A stretch of DNA of 53,608 bases, from NCBI GenBank assembly GCA_037924335.1, contig JAXSMZ010000002.1, positions 16,222-69,829 on the forward strand. The letters are read 5' to 3'. Source of the stretch: Aquificaceae bacterium. Lineage in GTDB: Bacteria > Aquificota > Aquificia > Aquificales > Aquificaceae. The notes beneath the pieces are model-generated. The model did not search any database, was not told the origin of the DNA, and was given only the letters and a program-made list of their open reading frames with translations. The translations under genes and the position numbers were made by a program. Positions 41,086-52,385 of this stretch are shown in pieces (position 1 is the stretch's first letter; each line of letters begins with the position of its first letter).

Positions 41086-42135
41086 ATGATAAAGATAATA
41101 GAGCCAAGGTTTTCGGAAGAAGAAAAGCTTGCGATAATGGAGATCTTAGAGAATCACCATATAACAAGGGGTGAGTGGACGCATCGTTTTGAAGAAGAGT
41201 TTGCCAAGTATTTAGGTGTTAAGCACCTATTTACCGTATGCTCTGGAACTGTAGCTCTGTTTATAGCTCTAAAAGCCATAGGTGTTGAAGGGGAAAGGGT
41301 TATAGTGCCAGCCATGAGCTTTATGGCCACCATAGATGCTGTGCTTTTAGCTGGAGGTGTCCCTGTAGTTGTCGATGTTGATGATTTTTATACTATGGAT
41401 GTTTCGCAGCTTGAGGCTGCAGCAAAGAAGCTCAATCCAAAGGTTGTCATTCCTGTACACCTGTATGGACAGACTGCAGACATGGAGAATATAATGTACC
41501 TTGCCGATAAGCATGGCTTTTACGTTCTTGAGGATGCTGCACAGGCTCACGGGGCTGAGTTCAAGGGAAAAAAGGCTGGAGCGTTGGGACACATATCGGC
41601 TTTTAGCTTTTACGCTTCCAAAAATGTTCCAATGGGAGAGGGTGGAGCCATTGCTACTGATGATGACAGGCTAGCAAAAGAGGTCAAAAGGTGGATAGAC
41701 TTTGGGGACCATCCAGCTTTTAATGTAAGGATAACAGAGTTTCAGTCTGCCGTAGGTTGCATACAGCTCAAACATCTGGACTTTAGAAACAAAAGGAGAA
41801 GAGATATAGCCAAAAAATACTCTGAGAACCTTAACTCTTGCCTTATCCCCCCAGCAGAAAGGAATGATGCCTACCATGTTTATCATCTTTATACCATGAG
41901 ACATAAAGAGAGGGATAGAATAGTGGAACATCTTAAAAAGAGTGGGATAGATGCCAGGGTGTACTACACTTACCTTTTGAACGAAATAAGGGATGTTCAG
42001 CATTTACCCTTGCATAGAGCCCAATCCTTTAAAAAAGAAGTTTTCTCTATACCCGTACATCCCCACCTTACGGATGAAGATGTAAACTACATAATGGATG
42101 GTGTACTTTCAGCTGTGTATGCAGAAAAGCCCTAA
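41086..42135 (+). CDS. DegT/DnrJ/EryC1/StrS PLP aminotransferase
   Basis: SGTVAL, PVHLYG, EDAAQAHG, SFYASKN, GEGG. Confidence 0.92.
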   Translation: MIKIIEPRFSEEEKLAIMEILENHHITRGEWTHRFEEEFAKYLGVKHLFTVCSGTVALFIALKAIGVEGERVIVPAMSFMATIDAVLLAGGVPVVVDVDDFYTMDVSQLEAAAKKLNPKVVIPVHLYGQTADMENIMYLADKHGFYVLEDAAQAHGAEFKGKKAGALGHISAFSFYASKNVPMGEGGAIATDDDRLAKEVKRWIDFGDHPAFNVRITEFQSAVGCIQLKHLDFRNKRRRDIAKKYSENLNSCLIPPAERNDAYHVYHLYTMRHKERDRIVEHLKKSGIDARVYYTYLLNEIRDVQHLPLHRAQSFKKEVFSIPVHPHLTDEDVNYIMDGVLSAVYAEKP

Positions 42136-42154
42136 AGAGTATTAGATTATAAGA

Positions 42155-43048
42155 GTGCGGGACTTAGATACCAGATGGCTTGAGATCTTCTGCTGTGTTT
42201 ATGAAAAGGGAAGCATATCTAAGAGCTCCGACTGTTTACACTTATCTCAATCCACTATAAGCTTTCATATAAACCAGCTTGAAAGGTCCATAGGCCTGAA
42301 GCTTTTTTACAAAAAAGGAAGAGCCTTGATACCTACGAGTAATGCTCATATGCTTTATCCTTATGCTAAAAAGATACTTGAGGTAAAGCTCCTCGCTTTG
42401 GAAGAAATAAAATTGATAACAGGCTCCTATAGGGGGCACATAAGGGTTGGTGCAAGCTCCATACCTGGTACATACATACTTCCCCCTTTGATTGCGAGCT
42501 ATCTTGTTAAAAACCCAAACAGTAGTATAGAACTTATAGTTGAAGACTCTATGAAGGTTGTAAGAATGGTGGAAGATGGATGTATTGATGTAGGAGTTGT
42601 AGGCTTTAGGTGTAGCAATCCAGATTTTGAAACCGTTGAGATATGGAAGGATGTCGTACATTTTATAGGTAGCAGGAACATAGATAGAAACTTATCCATA
42701 GAAGACTTAACAAAGTACCCCTTTATACTTAGGGAAGATTCATCTGGAACAAGACAGTTTGTTGAGAATGTGCTTAAAAAGTACGGTGTAGACTTTAAAG
42801 ACCTTAACGTTGTGGCCATTGTTAATAGCAACGATGCAATACTGTCCTTGCTAAAAGAGATGGATGGGGTATCCTTCATGTCCTACTATGCGTTAAAGAG
42901 CAGAAGAGATGTGAAGATTTTGAGCCTGAGAGATGTAGAACCCATTAGTAGGAGCTTTTATCTTTTGTATGATAGGCACAGACCTCAAAGCTCAGCTACA
43001 AAACTTTTTCTGGATATGGTACTAAGCCAAAGAGTTGTCCAAGTGTGA
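42155..43048 (+). CDS. LysR-family transcriptional regulator
   Basis: N-terminal HTH (SISK...LSQSTISFHINQLE), GASSIPG, REDSSGTR. Confidence 0.9.
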   Translation: MRDLDTRWLEIFCCVYEKGSISKSSDCLHLSQSTISFHINQLERSIGLKLFYKKGRALIPTSNAHMLYPYAKKILEVKLLALEEIKLITGSYRGHIRVGASSIPGTYILPPLIASYLVKNPNSSIELIVEDSMKVVRMVEDGCIDVGVVGFRCSNPDFETVEIWKDVVHFIGSRNIDRNLSIEDLTKYPFILREDSSGTRQFVENVLKKYGVDFKDLNVVAIVNSNDAILSLLKEMDGVSFMSYYALKSRRDVKILSLRDVEPISRSFYLLYDRHRPQSSATKLFLDMVLSQRVVQV

Positions 43049-43882
43049 TCAAACTTCAGCCCCTTCTAAAGCATTGGCGCAGTTGCATTCTCTTGTATCT
43101 GGCAGCACCTCTATAAAATGAAGCAGTATCTCTTTGACCTCTTCCTCTTTCTTCTTCATAAGTCTTATGACCTCCTCGCTGGTTAGTCTATGCCCTACCA
43201 CCCCAGCCGCTGGGTTTGTAACTACGCACAAGGATGCATAACACATGGTAAGCTCTTTTGCAAGAAGGACCTCAGGATAACCTGTCATACCAACGGTATC
43301 ACCACCTAGTTTTTCTATAGCTCTTATCTCCGCTGGAGTTTCAAACCTTGGTCCCTCTGTGCATGCGTATGTGCCAGCAGGATGGTAGGATAGTTTTCTC
43401 TCTTCTAAGACCTCTGTGATTACCCTCCTCATATGTGGGCAGTAAGGCTCTGACACATCCACATGTACTACCTTGCCTTCTCTGAGAAGTCTAGCCACCT
43501 TATCATCTCCCTTTACTTTTTGAGACCTTATACCCTCGTAGTATGTACAATCCCTCCTCTTTGTAAAGTCAAGAAAGTCGTCAATTATAACGTAGTCTCC
43601 GGGAGAAAATCGGGGGTTTATGCTTCCAACTGCAGATATGGCAAGGACTCTATTGACTCCAACCTCCCTAAGAGCCCATAGGTTTGCCCTGTAAGGTACA
43701 AGGTGGGGAGGGTAAATATGCCCTTCCCCATGCCTCGAAAGAAAAAGTACTTTCTTTCCCCTCACTTCAGTTACAATAAGTGCAGAGGATGGATCCCCAT
43801 AAGGCGTTGACAGTCTTATTTCCTCTACAACCTTCAACCCTTCCAGTCTGTAAATACCACTTCCACCAATTATTCCTACCAT
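43049..43882 (-). CDS. mtnP: 5'-methylthioadenosine/methylthioinosine phosphorylase
   Basis: [27 protein letters not shown]. Confidence 0.9.
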   Translation of the reverse strand: MVGIIGGSGIYRLEGLKVVEEIRLSTPYGDPSSALIVTEVRGKKVLFLSRHGEGHIYPPHLVPYRANLWALREVGVNRVLAISAVGSINPRFSPGDYVIIDDFLDFTKRRDCTYYEGIRSQKVKGDDKVARLLREGKVVHVDVSEPYCPHMRRVITEVLEERKLSYHPAGTYACTEGPRFETPAEIRAIEKLGGDTVGMTGYPEVLLAKELTMCYASLCVVTNPAAGVVGHRLTSEEVIRLMKKKEEEVKEILLHFIEVLPDTRECNCANALEGAEV

Positions 43883-43907
43883 GCTTTTATATGATAATAT
43901 TCTTTAA

Positions 43908-44693
43908 ATGCGTACGGTGGATGTAAGTTCAAAGCCTGTAACCTTGAGAACGGCAAAAGCTTATGGAAGGATAAGGTTAAAGTCCGATACTGTCAAAGCC
44001 ATAGTAGATGGAAGGGTTCCAAAGGGAGATGTTCTGCAAGCCTGTAAGCTCTCTGGCATCTTTGGAGCTAAAAAGACTGGCGAACTCTTGCCCTTTTGCC
44101 ATCCCATAAGCTTTGACCATGTGGAGGTAGAAGTAAAGCTTGGAGAGGATACTTTGGAGGTCTTTTCTTTTGTAAAGGGTGTAGGAAAGACAGGCTACGA
44201 GATGGAGGCCCTCACATCCGTTTGCGCTTCGCTCCTCACCGTATACGATATGTGCAAAGGCATGGACGATATCATGGTGATAGAGGAGATAAGGCTCGTG
44301 GAAAAGTCTGGGGGTAAATCCCAGTGGGCAAAAGACCTCAAAGGTAAGAAGGTCCTTGTCTACTCCGATGAGGATACATACTCTTTGATTGTAGAGTATT
44401 TGAGACCCCTTGAACCCTCAAAGCTGGAGATGGGAAGGGACTTTAGGGATAAATTTGACCTTATAATAGCTGCAGAAGCTTTAGACCTTGAAGAGGATTT
44501 TGTTGGTCTGGAAACAGTTGTAAACCAGAAGCTTTTTGAACTTTTTCCAAGCAGTTTAAAAAGGGGTGTTAGGGTAGGAAGGGATAGAAGAGGGTGTATG
44601 GCAATAGTGCTTGAGCCTTCAAAAGAGATGATAAGGGCCTTTTTTGAAAACTTTTCCTACCTTTTGGGTGCATGGGTGGATGGATCAAAGTAA
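43908..44693 (+). CDS. moaC: Cyclic pyranopterin monophosphate synthase with C-terminal extension
   Basis: VDVSSK, KGDV, LPFCHP, TGYEMEAL, YDMCK, KSGG; about 120 extra residues follow. Confidence 0.88.
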   Translation: MRTVDVSSKPVTLRTAKAYGRIRLKSDTVKAIVDGRVPKGDVLQACKLSGIFGAKKTGELLPFCHPISFDHVEVEVKLGEDTLEVFSFVKGVGKTGYEMEALTSVCASLLTVYDMCKGMDDIMVIEEIRLVEKSGGKSQWAKDLKGKKVLVYSDEDTYSLIVEYLRPLEPSKLEMGRDFRDKFDLIIAAEALDLEEDFVGLETVVNQKLFELFPSSLKRGVRVGRDRRGCMAIVLEPSKEMIRAFFENFSYLLGAWVDGSK

Positions 44694-45699
44694 GCTTTAT
44701 AATTGGCTTATTCTTAAGGCTACGAAAGGTCTTGGGGAAAAGAGCATAAAAAAACTCTACTTAACCTTTGGAACTTCGGAGAGAATACTCCAAGAAGGGT
44801 ACGAAGGCATAAAGATGGTCATAGGAGAGGAGAAGGCAAAGAGATTAAAGGGCAGTTCTTTCTCCTTTGACCCAGAAAAGGTAGTGCATTTTGTCCAAAA
44901 GGAAGGCATAAAATGGATGACCCTTGAGGACGAAGGATATCCTGCTCTTTTGAAAAGTATAGATGACCCACCGCCTGTGTTTTTTTACAGAGGCACTTTG
45001 AGGAATTTTAACCTTTTTGGGGTAGTTGGAACAAGGAAACCAGACCAGTACAGCATGAGTTTTACAAGGGAGGTTGTCAGTGATATCGTTGACCTCTCTT
45101 TTGGTGTTGTTTCTGGTGGGGCAAGAGGCATAGATTATCTATCGCACAAGTTTTGCATAGAGGCTGGTGGGTACAGCGTTTGCGTGCTTGGCATGGGCAT
45201 CCTCAAAGCTCCAGCTTTTTTGAAGGACCTGATACTGAAAAATGGACTCTTGGTCTCTGAGTTTCTCCCTTGGGAGACCCCAGATGCCTTTACCTTCCCA
45301 AGGAGAAACAGGATAATAAGCGGTATGTCTCAAGCTCTCTTTATAGTGGAGGCTGGTACAAGCAGCGGAGCTCTAATAACTGCTGAGTATGCTCACAGAC
45401 AAAAAAGGCCAGTTTATGCGCACATAGGGATAGGTAAGTCAGAAAGGTGGAGCGGATGCGCTTATCTTATCAACCAAGGTAAAGCTAAGTTCTTCAGGAG
45501 CGTTAAAGAAGTCTTTTCAAGCTCCAAGTCTTCTGCAGAAGGCTCAGATGAGCTTTTGTCTCTCCTTCTGAGCCCAAAGACCTTTGAGGAGCTTTTAGCC
45601 TTGTCTGGCCTGAGTTCACAGGACCTTTCTCAAAAGCTTACCCTTTATGAGCTTGAAGGAAAGGTGCAAAGGGTAGGCTTATATTATAGGCTGGCCTAA
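44680..45699 (+). CDS. dprA: DNA-processing protein DprA (start reassigned to ATG 44680)
   Basis: YPALL...[35 protein letters not shown]. Confidence 0.92.
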   Translation: MDQSKLYNWLILKATKGLGEKSIKKLYLTFGTSERILQEGYEGIKMVIGEEKAKRLKGSSFSFDPEKVVHFVQKEGIKWMTLEDEGYPALLKSIDDPPPVFFYRGTLRNFNLFGVVGTRKPDQYSMSFTREVVSDIVDLSFGVVSGGARGIDYLSHKFCIEAGGYSVCVLGMGILKAPAFLKDLILKNGLLVSEFLPWETPDAFTFPRRNRIISGMSQALFIVEAGTSSGALITAEYAHRQKRPVYAHIGIGKSERWSGCAYLINQGKAKFFRSVKEVFSSSKSSAEGSDELLSLLLSPKTFEELLALSGLSSQDLSQKLTLYELEGKVQRVGLYYRLA

Positions 45700-46592
45700 A
45701 AGAGCATCCTTAGTTTGTACCCACGCATGAATTCCTCTCCGTTCATCCTCTTCCCCTTTGGGCTTATAAGTTCAAGGACCTCAACAGAATCCTCTCCGCA
45801 TGCTACCAAAAGCCTTTTTTTATCCAGGATTTCTCCAGGTTCTCCAGACTCATGAAAAACTCTAACCTTTAGCACTTTTATTCTGTCTCCCCACTCTGTA
45901 TAAGCGTAGCAGTCTGGGTAAAGCCCTCTAACTCTGTCCTTTACGCTCTGAGCCTGTGCCTTCCAACAGACCCTTAGCTCCTCTTTTCTTACGGGTGGTG
46001 CGTAAGTTGCTCTTGTGTGGTCCTGCTCCTTGGGGTCTATCTTTCTAGCGAACCACTCTTCCAAGGTTTTTGTCAAAAGCTTTGCCCCCCTTATGGAGAG
46101 CTTTTCCGTAAGGCTAAAAAGGTTATCTTCCTCGTCTATAGAGAGGCTCTCCTGACTTAGGACTTTGCCAGTATCAATCCCTTCATCCATCAGCATTATG
46201 GTGTTTCCCGTTATCCTCTCTCCAGACATGAGAGCTCTCTGTATGGGTGCAGCTCCCCTGTATTTTGGAAGCAAAGAAGCATGCAAGTTTATACATCCAT
46301 ACTCTGGAACATCCAGAATTTTCTTTGAGAGTATCTTACCATAGGCAACTACAACTATGCACTGAGGACTGAGCTTACAAAGGAGCTCCTCAATATCCTC
46401 CTTCCTTTCTGGTTGATGGACAACGATGCCCAGCTCCTGGGCAAGTATTTTTGTAGGCGGTGGACTGAGCTTTTTGCCCCTTCCGGCTGGTCTGTCTGGC
46501 TGAGCTACAAGGCCTATAAGTCCAAACCTTTCATGAAGACTTTTCAAGCTTGGGAGTGCAAAAGAGGGAGTGCCCATAAAGAGTATTCTCAT
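45696..46592 (-). CDS. fmt: Methionyl-tRNA formyltransferase
   Basis: [34 protein letters not shown]. Confidence 0.96.
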   Translation of the reverse strand: MRILFMGTPSFALPSLKSLHERFGLIGLVAQPDRPAGRGKKLSPPPTKILAQELGIVVHQPERKEDIEELLCKLSPQCIVVVAYGKILSKKILDVPEYGCINLHASLLPKYRGAAPIQRALMSGERITGNTIMLMDEGIDTGKVLSQESLSIDEEDNLFSLTEKLSIRGAKLLTKTLEEWFARKIDPKEQDHTRATYAPPVRKEELRVCWKAQAQSVKDRVRGLYPDCYAYTEWGDRIKVLKVRVFHESGEPGEILDKKRLLVACGEDSVEVLELISPKGKRMNGEEFMRGYKLRMLF

Positions 46593-47665
46593 TCTCTTAC
46601 ATACTCCAGCCCTAAGTCATTACCAAACCTTAAGACCTTTCTTAAGGTTAACTTGCTCGCCTGTGATACTCTTTCTATTCCAAGCGGTCCTATACCTATC
46701 CCATCTCCCAGAATGATGGGAGCTACAAAAACAAAGAGCCTTTCATAAAGATCTTCCTTTATGAAGCTCGTAGCTGTTAAACCCCCACCCTCCACTAACA
46801 CGTGCATAATTTCCCTAAGGTAGAGCTCTTTTAAAACCTCGCTTATCTTTAAGTACCCCTCCTCTGATTTAAGTAAAATCACTTCAACCCCTTCATCCTC
46901 AAGATTCTTTATCTTACCCCTCTCATCCTTTGCAGTTATAACCAGCGTCTTGGCAGACTTGTCCTTGACAAGATTGCTAATTAGGGGGATCCTTAGGCTT
47001 GGGTCAAGCACTACCCTAATAGGTTGTCTTTCCCATGGGAAGGATCTAACAGTGAGAAGGGGGTCATCCCTAAGCACTGTGTTTATACCAACAAGCACCG
47101 CATTGGCCTCAGACCTGAGCTTATGAGCAAAGGCTCGGCTTTCTTCGTTTGTTATCCATTTGCTGTTTCCTACCTTGGTTGCAATGCGTCCATCAATGCT
47201 CTGGGCAAGCTTTAGCGTTATGTAAGGCCTTTTTTTTGTTATGTAAGTGAAAAAGTCTTCGTTTAGCTCCTTGGCTTCATCTTCCAGCACTCCTGTCTTT
47301 ACCTCTATACCGGCATCCTTTAGTTTTTTTACTCCCATACCACTGACCAAAGGGTTTGGGTCCAATGTTGCTATTACCACCCTCTTTACCTTTGCTCTTA
47401 TTAGAGCATCCGTGCATGGAGGCGTTCTCCCATGATGGGTACAAGGCTCTAATGTGACATAAACCGTTGAACCTTTTGCTCCTTCCTTGGCTTTCTCTAA
47501 AGCTACGACCTCAGCGTGTGGCATCCCAGCCTTTTCATGATAACCATCAGCTATAACTTTCCCATCCTTCACTATCAGACATCCCACAGTTGGGTTGGGA
47601 TTGGTGAGTCCCTTTCTCCTCTTTGCAAGCTCAAGGGCTTTTTGCATAAAAAATGTATCTTCCAT
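46589..47665 (-). CDS. ribD: Riboflavin biosynthesis deaminase/reductase
   Basis: PNPTVG, HAE, LEPC-x-H-x-GRTPPC, VEGG. Confidence 0.95.
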   Translation of the reverse strand: MEDTFFMQKALELAKRRKGLTNPNPTVGCLIVKDGKVIADGYHEKAGMPHAEVVALEKAKEGAKGSTVYVTLEPCTHHGRTPPCTDALIRAKVKRVVIATLDPNPLVSGMGVKKLKDAGIEVKTGVLEDEAKELNEDFFTYITKKRPYITLKLAQSIDGRIATKVGNSKWITNEESRAFAHKLRSEANAVLVGINTVLRDDPLLTVRSFPWERQPIRVVLDPSLRIPLISNLVKDKSAKTLVITAKDERGKIKNLEDEGVEVILLKSEEGYLKISEVLKELYLREIMHVLVEGGGLTATSFIKEDLYERLFVFVAPIILGDGIGIGPLGIERVSQASKLTLRKVLRFGNDLGLEYVRE

Positions 47666-47701
47666 GCTTTGAGAGTTATTATTTTACTATAGGAGGAACC
47701 C

Positions 47702-48778
47702 ATGAGAGCTTCGGAGGATAAGTTGTACGAAGGAATTTTAGAAGGAAGGCGCATAGATAGGCACGAAGCCATGGAGCTCTTTGAAGAAGACCTTACAGTT
47801 CTTGGCTTTTTGGCAAACTCTGTAAGAAAAAGATTTCATCCCGATGGCATTGTCACCTTTGTCATAGATAGGAACGTAAATTATAGCAACGTATGCGTTG
47901 CTGGATGCAAATTCTGTGCTTTTCAAAGAAAGGTAGGCTCAGAGGATGGGTATGTGCTAAGCAAGGAAGAAATTCTAAGAAAGGTTCAGGAACTCGTTCA
48001 ATGGGGTGGTACAACCCTCCTCATGCAAGGTGGACTGAACCCAGACCTTCCCCTCTCTTACTATGAAGACCTTCTTATTTCCATAAAGGAGAGATTTCCA
48101 CAGGTTCAAGTACACTCCTTTTCTGCACCGGAGATAGTCTACCTTGCAAAGATAGAAAGGATGAGCGTGGAGGAAGTTCTAAAAAGGCTAAAGGATGCTG
48201 GACTTGATTCCTTACCGGGAGGTGGTGCCGAGATACTCTCCCATGAAGTAAGGAGGTTTCTAAGCCCGGGGAAGTGCTCTGTGGAAGAGTGGGAGATGGT
48301 TCACAGGAAGGCTCATGAGCTTGGCATGACGTCAACGGCAACTATGATGTTTGGACATGTAGAAAAGCCAGAGCACATAGTGAAGCATCTCGATAGAGTA
48401 AGAAAGCTTCAGGATGAAACTGGTGGATTCACTGCCTTTATCCCATGGACCTTCAAAAAGGGAAACACACAGCTGGACATGTTGGAAGAAGCCCCTTCCG
48501 TCTTTTATCTCAAGGTGCTTGCCATATGCAGGATATATCTTGATAACTTCAGAAACATACAAAGCTCACACGTTACCCAAACTATGCAGGTTGGAACCTT
48601 GGGTCTACACTTTGGAGCCAACGATTTGGGAAGCGTTATGATAGAAGAGAACGTGATCTCCTCAACATCCTATAAGGTAAGCATTCCAAAGGTGGAGGAT
48701 ATGGTGGAAGCCATAAGGTCTGCTGGTTTTTTGCCAGCTCAAAGGGATACATACTACAATATAGTAAAAGTGTTTTGA
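47702..48778 (+). CDS. mqnC: Cyclic dehypoxanthinyl futalosine synthase (radical SAM, CofH/MqnC family)
   Basis: DRNVNYSNVCVAGCKFCAF, LMQGG, PGGGAEIL, GSVMIEENV. Confidence 0.85.
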   Translation: MRASEDKLYEGILEGRRIDRHEAMELFEEDLTVLGFLANSVRKRFHPDGIVTFVIDRNVNYSNVCVAGCKFCAFQRKVGSEDGYVLSKEEILRKVQELVQWGGTTLLMQGGLNPDLPLSYYEDLLISIKERFPQVQVHSFSAPEIVYLAKIERMSVEEVLKRLKDAGLDSLPGGGAEILSHEVRRFLSPGKCSVEEWEMVHRKAHELGMTSTATMMFGHVEKPEHIVKHLDRVRKLQDETGGFTAFIPWTFKKGNTQLDMLEEAPSVFYLKVLAICRIYLDNFRNIQSSHVTQTMQVGTLGLHFGANDLGSVMIEENVISSTSYKVSIPKVEDMVEAIRSAGFLPAQRDTYYNIVKVF

Positions 48779-48780
48779 CC

Positions 48781-50298
48781 ATGTTCTGCAGGGTAAAGAG
48801 TGGGGGAGTATTAGGTATAGATGGGTTTGAAGTGGATGTGGAGGTTGACATATCAAACGGACTGCCACAGTTTAACATAGTTGGCCTCCCAGATAAAGCC
48901 ATAAACGAGGCAAAGGATAGGGTAAGGTCAGCTCTAAAAAACTTAGGCTTCCAGATGCCCTTAAAGAGAATAACAGTTAACCTATCTCCATCCCACATGA
49001 AAAAACAGGGTACTCTTTACGACCTTCCCATAGCCATAGGTATACTTCAGCTCTCCGGTGTTTTGAGCGTAGGTGAAGAGAGTGTTTTCCTCGGTGAACT
49101 ATCCCTTGATGGAAAGGTAAACAGAGTGAGCGGTGTTCTTCCCATAGTTCTCTCCCTTTCAAAGCTTGGCTACAGAAAGTTTGTAGTTCCAAAGGCAAAT
49201 GCCTTTGAGGCTGCAGTAGTAAAGGATGTGTGCGTTCATGGAGTTGAGAACATAGATGACCTGGTTAAGTTTTTAAGGGGGGAAAGACCTTTGGAACCCA
49301 TAAACGTGAGCGTGGAAGACCTATTTAGAAACATAGAGGATTTCAACTTAGACCTTTCTGATGTTTATGGACAAACCCTTGCCAAAAGAGCAGTAGAGAT
49401 AGCCTGTGCAGGTTTTCATAACCTTCTATTTGTTGGTCCACCAGGTTCTGGAAAGAGTATGCTGGCAAAGAGGATGATAACTCTTATGCCCAACTTGACC
49501 TTTGAGGAGGCTGTTGAAGTAACCAGAATATACAGCGTTGCAGGACTCCTCACAGAACCCCTTATAACAAAAAGACCCTTTAGGTCACCCCACCATACAG
49601 CGTCCGATATATCACTTATAGGTGGTGGGAGCATACCGATGCCAGGTGAGATAAGCCTTGCACACAAAGGAGTTCTCTTTCTTGATGAGATGGTAGAGTT
49701 CAAAAGAAAAACATTAGAAGTTTTGAGGCAACCTATGGAGAATGGCTACATAAACATAACAAGAGCCGGGGGGAGGGTTATCTTCCCGGCAGAGTTTTTG
49801 CTCGTAGGAGCTATGAACCCATGCCCGTGTGGAAACTATGGAAACCCATACAAAGAGTGTACGTGTAGCCTTGCCCAGATAAGGAGCTACCAATCTAAGC
49901 TTTCCGGTCCCATTCTTGACAGAATGGACCTGAAAGTTTGGGTAGAGCCAGTGGAAAAGGAAGAGCTCTTGGAGAGGAGCAAGGGGGAAACCTCTGCACA
50001 GGTAAAGGAGCGAATAGAGAAAGCTGTAACAGTTCAAAGAGAGAGGTTCAAAGGAAGGGGAGCCTTCTTCAACGGTAGGATGGGGGAAAGGGAGGTGGAA
50101 GAGTTCTGCATCTTGGATGGTAGGGCGAAGGAACTTTTAAAGAAGGCTATGGAAAGACTAAGACTAACGGGTAGGTCTTACATGAAGCTCCTTAAAGTCT
50201 CAAGGACCATAGCGGACTTAGAGGGTGAAGACCTAATAATGCATCATCACATATCTGAAGCTTTGCAGTTTAGAATAGATGAAAGGCTGTTGCTCTGA
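48781..50298 (+). CDS. comM: ComM/YifB Mg-chelatase-like AAA ATPase
   Basis: IVGLPD, GPPGSGKSM, RSPHH, PGEISLAH, AMNPCPCG. Confidence 0.92.
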   Translation: MFCRVKSGGVLGIDGFEVDVEVDISNGLPQFNIVGLPDKAINEAKDRVRSALKNLGFQMPLKRITVNLSPSHMKKQGTLYDLPIAIGILQLSGVLSVGEESVFLGELSLDGKVNRVSGVLPIVLSLSKLGYRKFVVPKANAFEAAVVKDVCVHGVENIDDLVKFLRGERPLEPINVSVEDLFRNIEDFNLDLSDVYGQTLAKRAVEIACAGFHNLLFVGPPGSGKSMLAKRMITLMPNLTFEEAVEVTRIYSVAGLLTEPLITKRPFRSPHHTASDISLIGGGSIPMPGEISLAHKGVLFLDEMVEFKRKTLEVLRQPMENGYINITRAGGRVIFPAEFLLVGAMNPCPCGNYGNPYKECTCSLAQIRSYQSKLSGPILDRMDLKVWVEPVEKEELLERSKGETSAQVKERIEKAVTVQRERFKGRGAFFNGRMGEREVEEFCILDGRAKELLKKAMERLRLTGRSYMKLLKVSRTIADLEGEDLIMHHHISEALQFRIDERLLL

Positions 50299-50299
50299 C

Positions 50300-51031
50300 A
50301 TGTACAGCGTGAGGATGAGGGCAGAACTGAAAGGTGAGCACGTCTCTGGTTCAGAAAGGCTTGTACAGAAGGAGCATTTAGAGAAAGTTCTGCGAGATCT
50401 TCTAAAGAGGCCAGAAAGGTACGACAGGATGGTTATAACTGTTGAGGAGATAAAAGAGTTTGAGACCATTGAAAAAGCTCTCTCCATTTACAGCTATGAT
50501 TTTCAAAGCGTAGAAAGATCTCATGAGTTTGCTGCTGAAAAGCTAAAAAGCTTAGGGATAAAGCACCATGTGATAAGCAGGGCTTTGGAACTTCTAAGGT
50601 TTGGACCAAATCCAAAGGGTGGAAACATGAGGGGAGCTGTGGTCATGGACTTAGAGAGTGGAGAAAGGCTCGAGCCAGACCAAGAAAGGGGTATAAGGAC
50701 TGTGGGCTTTGACTGGAAAGATAGAGCTTTTGTAAAAAAGATTTTAAAAGAAAGGGGTATAAAAAGGTTTTACCTTGAGAGGCTCATAGATGCTTTAGCT
50801 CTGGCCACAAAGAATATTTACTGCGGAGTTATAGCAGAGCTATGCTGGAGCGATGACCCAGACTATACAACGGGATACATAGCAAGCAAGGAGCTTGGAT
50901 ACGTAAGGATAAAGCCCATGAAGGAAGAAGGTATAGCCTTGGGAGGAAGGGTCTACTTCGTGAAAAGGGAGAACTTTCAAGCGATCATAGAATGCTTAGA
51001 AAAGAAAGTTGTACTTATAGAGAATGTCTAA
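50300..51031 (+). CDS. bioW: 6-carboxyhexanoate (pimelate)-CoA ligase
   Basis: YSVRMRA, HVSGSER, MRGA, ELCWSDDPDYTTGY, GGRVYF. Confidence 0.92.
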   Translation: MYSVRMRAELKGEHVSGSERLVQKEHLEKVLRDLLKRPERYDRMVITVEEIKEFETIEKALSIYSYDFQSVERSHEFAAEKLKSLGIKHHVISRALELLRFGPNPKGGNMRGAVVMDLESGERLEPDQERGIRTVGFDWKDRAFVKKILKERGIKRFYLERLIDALALATKNIYCGVIAELCWSDDPDYTTGYIASKELGYVRIKPMKEEGIALGGRVYFVKRENFQAIIECLEKKVVLIENV

Positions 51032-51034
51032 AGC

Positions 51035-51070
51035 ATAATTCAAGCTTATTGGACTATAAGCAAATTGAAT
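51035..51070 (+). promoter_or_regulatory. Tandem LysR-type operator candidate
   Basis: ATAA-N7-TTAT (51035-51049), 6 bp spacer, then ATAA-N7-GAAT (51056-51070). Confidence 0.45.
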
Positions 51071-51127
51071 AGCCCAAGCCTATTTGATGTTTAAAATAAA
51101 TATTAACTTTGAAAGGGAGGTAGCAAT

Positions 51128-52378
51128 ATGAGGAAGGTTTTGATCCTATCTGCTGTTTTTTCTGCGGTAGGTGTAAGCTTTGCCACAAATGGAGACAATC
51201 TTATAGGGGTTTCTCCAGCTTCCAGGGGTATGGGCGGCATAGGTGTGGGTATGCCAGTTGGTCCTACAGACACCATCTTTAGAAACCCAGCATGGATGAG
51301 CTACTACAAGGGCTTTAACCTGAGCTTCGGCGGTATAGTCTTCATGCCTCATGTGAAGGCAAAAACTAACGTAACACCTATTGGTCCTATGAATCCACCA
51401 GCCTCAGAGACTAGCAAAGCGGACCTTTTCGTTGTTCCAGAAGTAGGTATAGTCAACCAGATAAACGAAAAGCTTACCTTTGGTATAGGTGCCTTTGGCG
51501 TCTCCGGTATGGGTGTAGATTACAGGAACAAGGACCAAAGGCTTGCCAACATGCACACAACATTACAGTTTATGAGAGTTATCCCATCACTCTCTTACAA
51601 GGTCAGCGATGCTGTTTCTATAGGGGGTGGTATAGACCTAGCCTACGGTTCTCTTGATATGGGAGCAAACATGTGTACGCCAACAATGCCCCCCAACTGC
51701 TGGAACGCAGGTGGTGGTCAATCTCAGACCTATGGCATAGGTGCTCAGGTTGGTCTGGCTTACAACATGGGCGATTTTGTCTTTGCAGGTCTTACATACC
51801 AAAGCCCAGTCAGTATGACTTACAAGAAGGTCTTTGATACCAACGGAGATGGGCATTTTGAAGACCTAAAGCTTACCCAGCCTCAGGAGTTTGCCTTCGG
51901 TTTGGGTGTGAAGCCCATGGAGAACCTAAAGGTGGGGATGGATGTAAGATGGATAAACTGGAAGAATGCAAAGGGCTACAAAGAGTTCCAGTGGAAAGAC
52001 CAATGGGTTATAGCCGTGGGTGGTGAGTACAGACCCATCCCCAAGCTTGCTCTGAGGGCAGGGTATAACTATGGCAAGTCTCCCATAAGGGGTGGTTCAA
52101 AGAATCTTATGAATGCAAACCGCATTCCAAACTTTTCTGCTCCCTTCAGCGATTTTCAAGTGGCATGGTTCAACCTCATAGGTTTTCCAGCAATCGCTGA
52201 ACAGCACATAACATTAGGTCTTGGCTACGAGTTTACTCCACACTTTAGCTTAGACTTTGCTTACAAGCATGCCTTTGAAAAGACTGTAAAGGCTACAGAT
52301 AATATGGGTTTTGGCTTCTTAGCAGAAGGAAAGAATGCACAGGATGCCATCTCTTTAGGTCTAAACTGGAAGTTCTAA
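51128..52378 (+). CDS. OmpP1/FadL-family outer-membrane transporter
   Basis: Signal peptide, SRGMGG, NPA motif, beta-barrel pattern, terminal F. Confidence 0.88.
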   Translation: MRKVLILSAVFSAVGVSFATNGDNLIGVSPASRGMGGIGVGMPVGPTDTIFRNPAWMSYYKGFNLSFGGIVFMPHVKAKTNVTPIGPMNPPASETSKADLFVVPEVGIVNQINEKLTFGIGAFGVSGMGVDYRNKDQRLANMHTTLQFMRVIPSLSYKVSDAVSIGGGIDLAYGSLDMGANMCTPTMPPNCWNAGGGQSQTYGIGAQVGLAYNMGDFVFAGLTYQSPVSMTYKKVFDTNGDGHFEDLKLTQPQEFAFGLGVKPMENLKVGMDVRWINWKNAKGYKEFQWKDQWVIAVGGEYRPIPKLALRAGYNYGKSPIRGGSKNLMNANRIPNFSAPFSDFQVAWFNLIGFPAIAEQHITLGLGYEFTPHFSLDFAYKHAFEKTVKATDNMGFGFLAEGKNAQDAISLGLNWKF

Positions 52379-52385
52379 CATCTTC

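Noticed and set aside
30737..50298. comF, dprA and comM as a competence island
   Set aside because: They are dispersed among housekeeping genes and are near-ubiquitous; there is no clustering or compositional signal.
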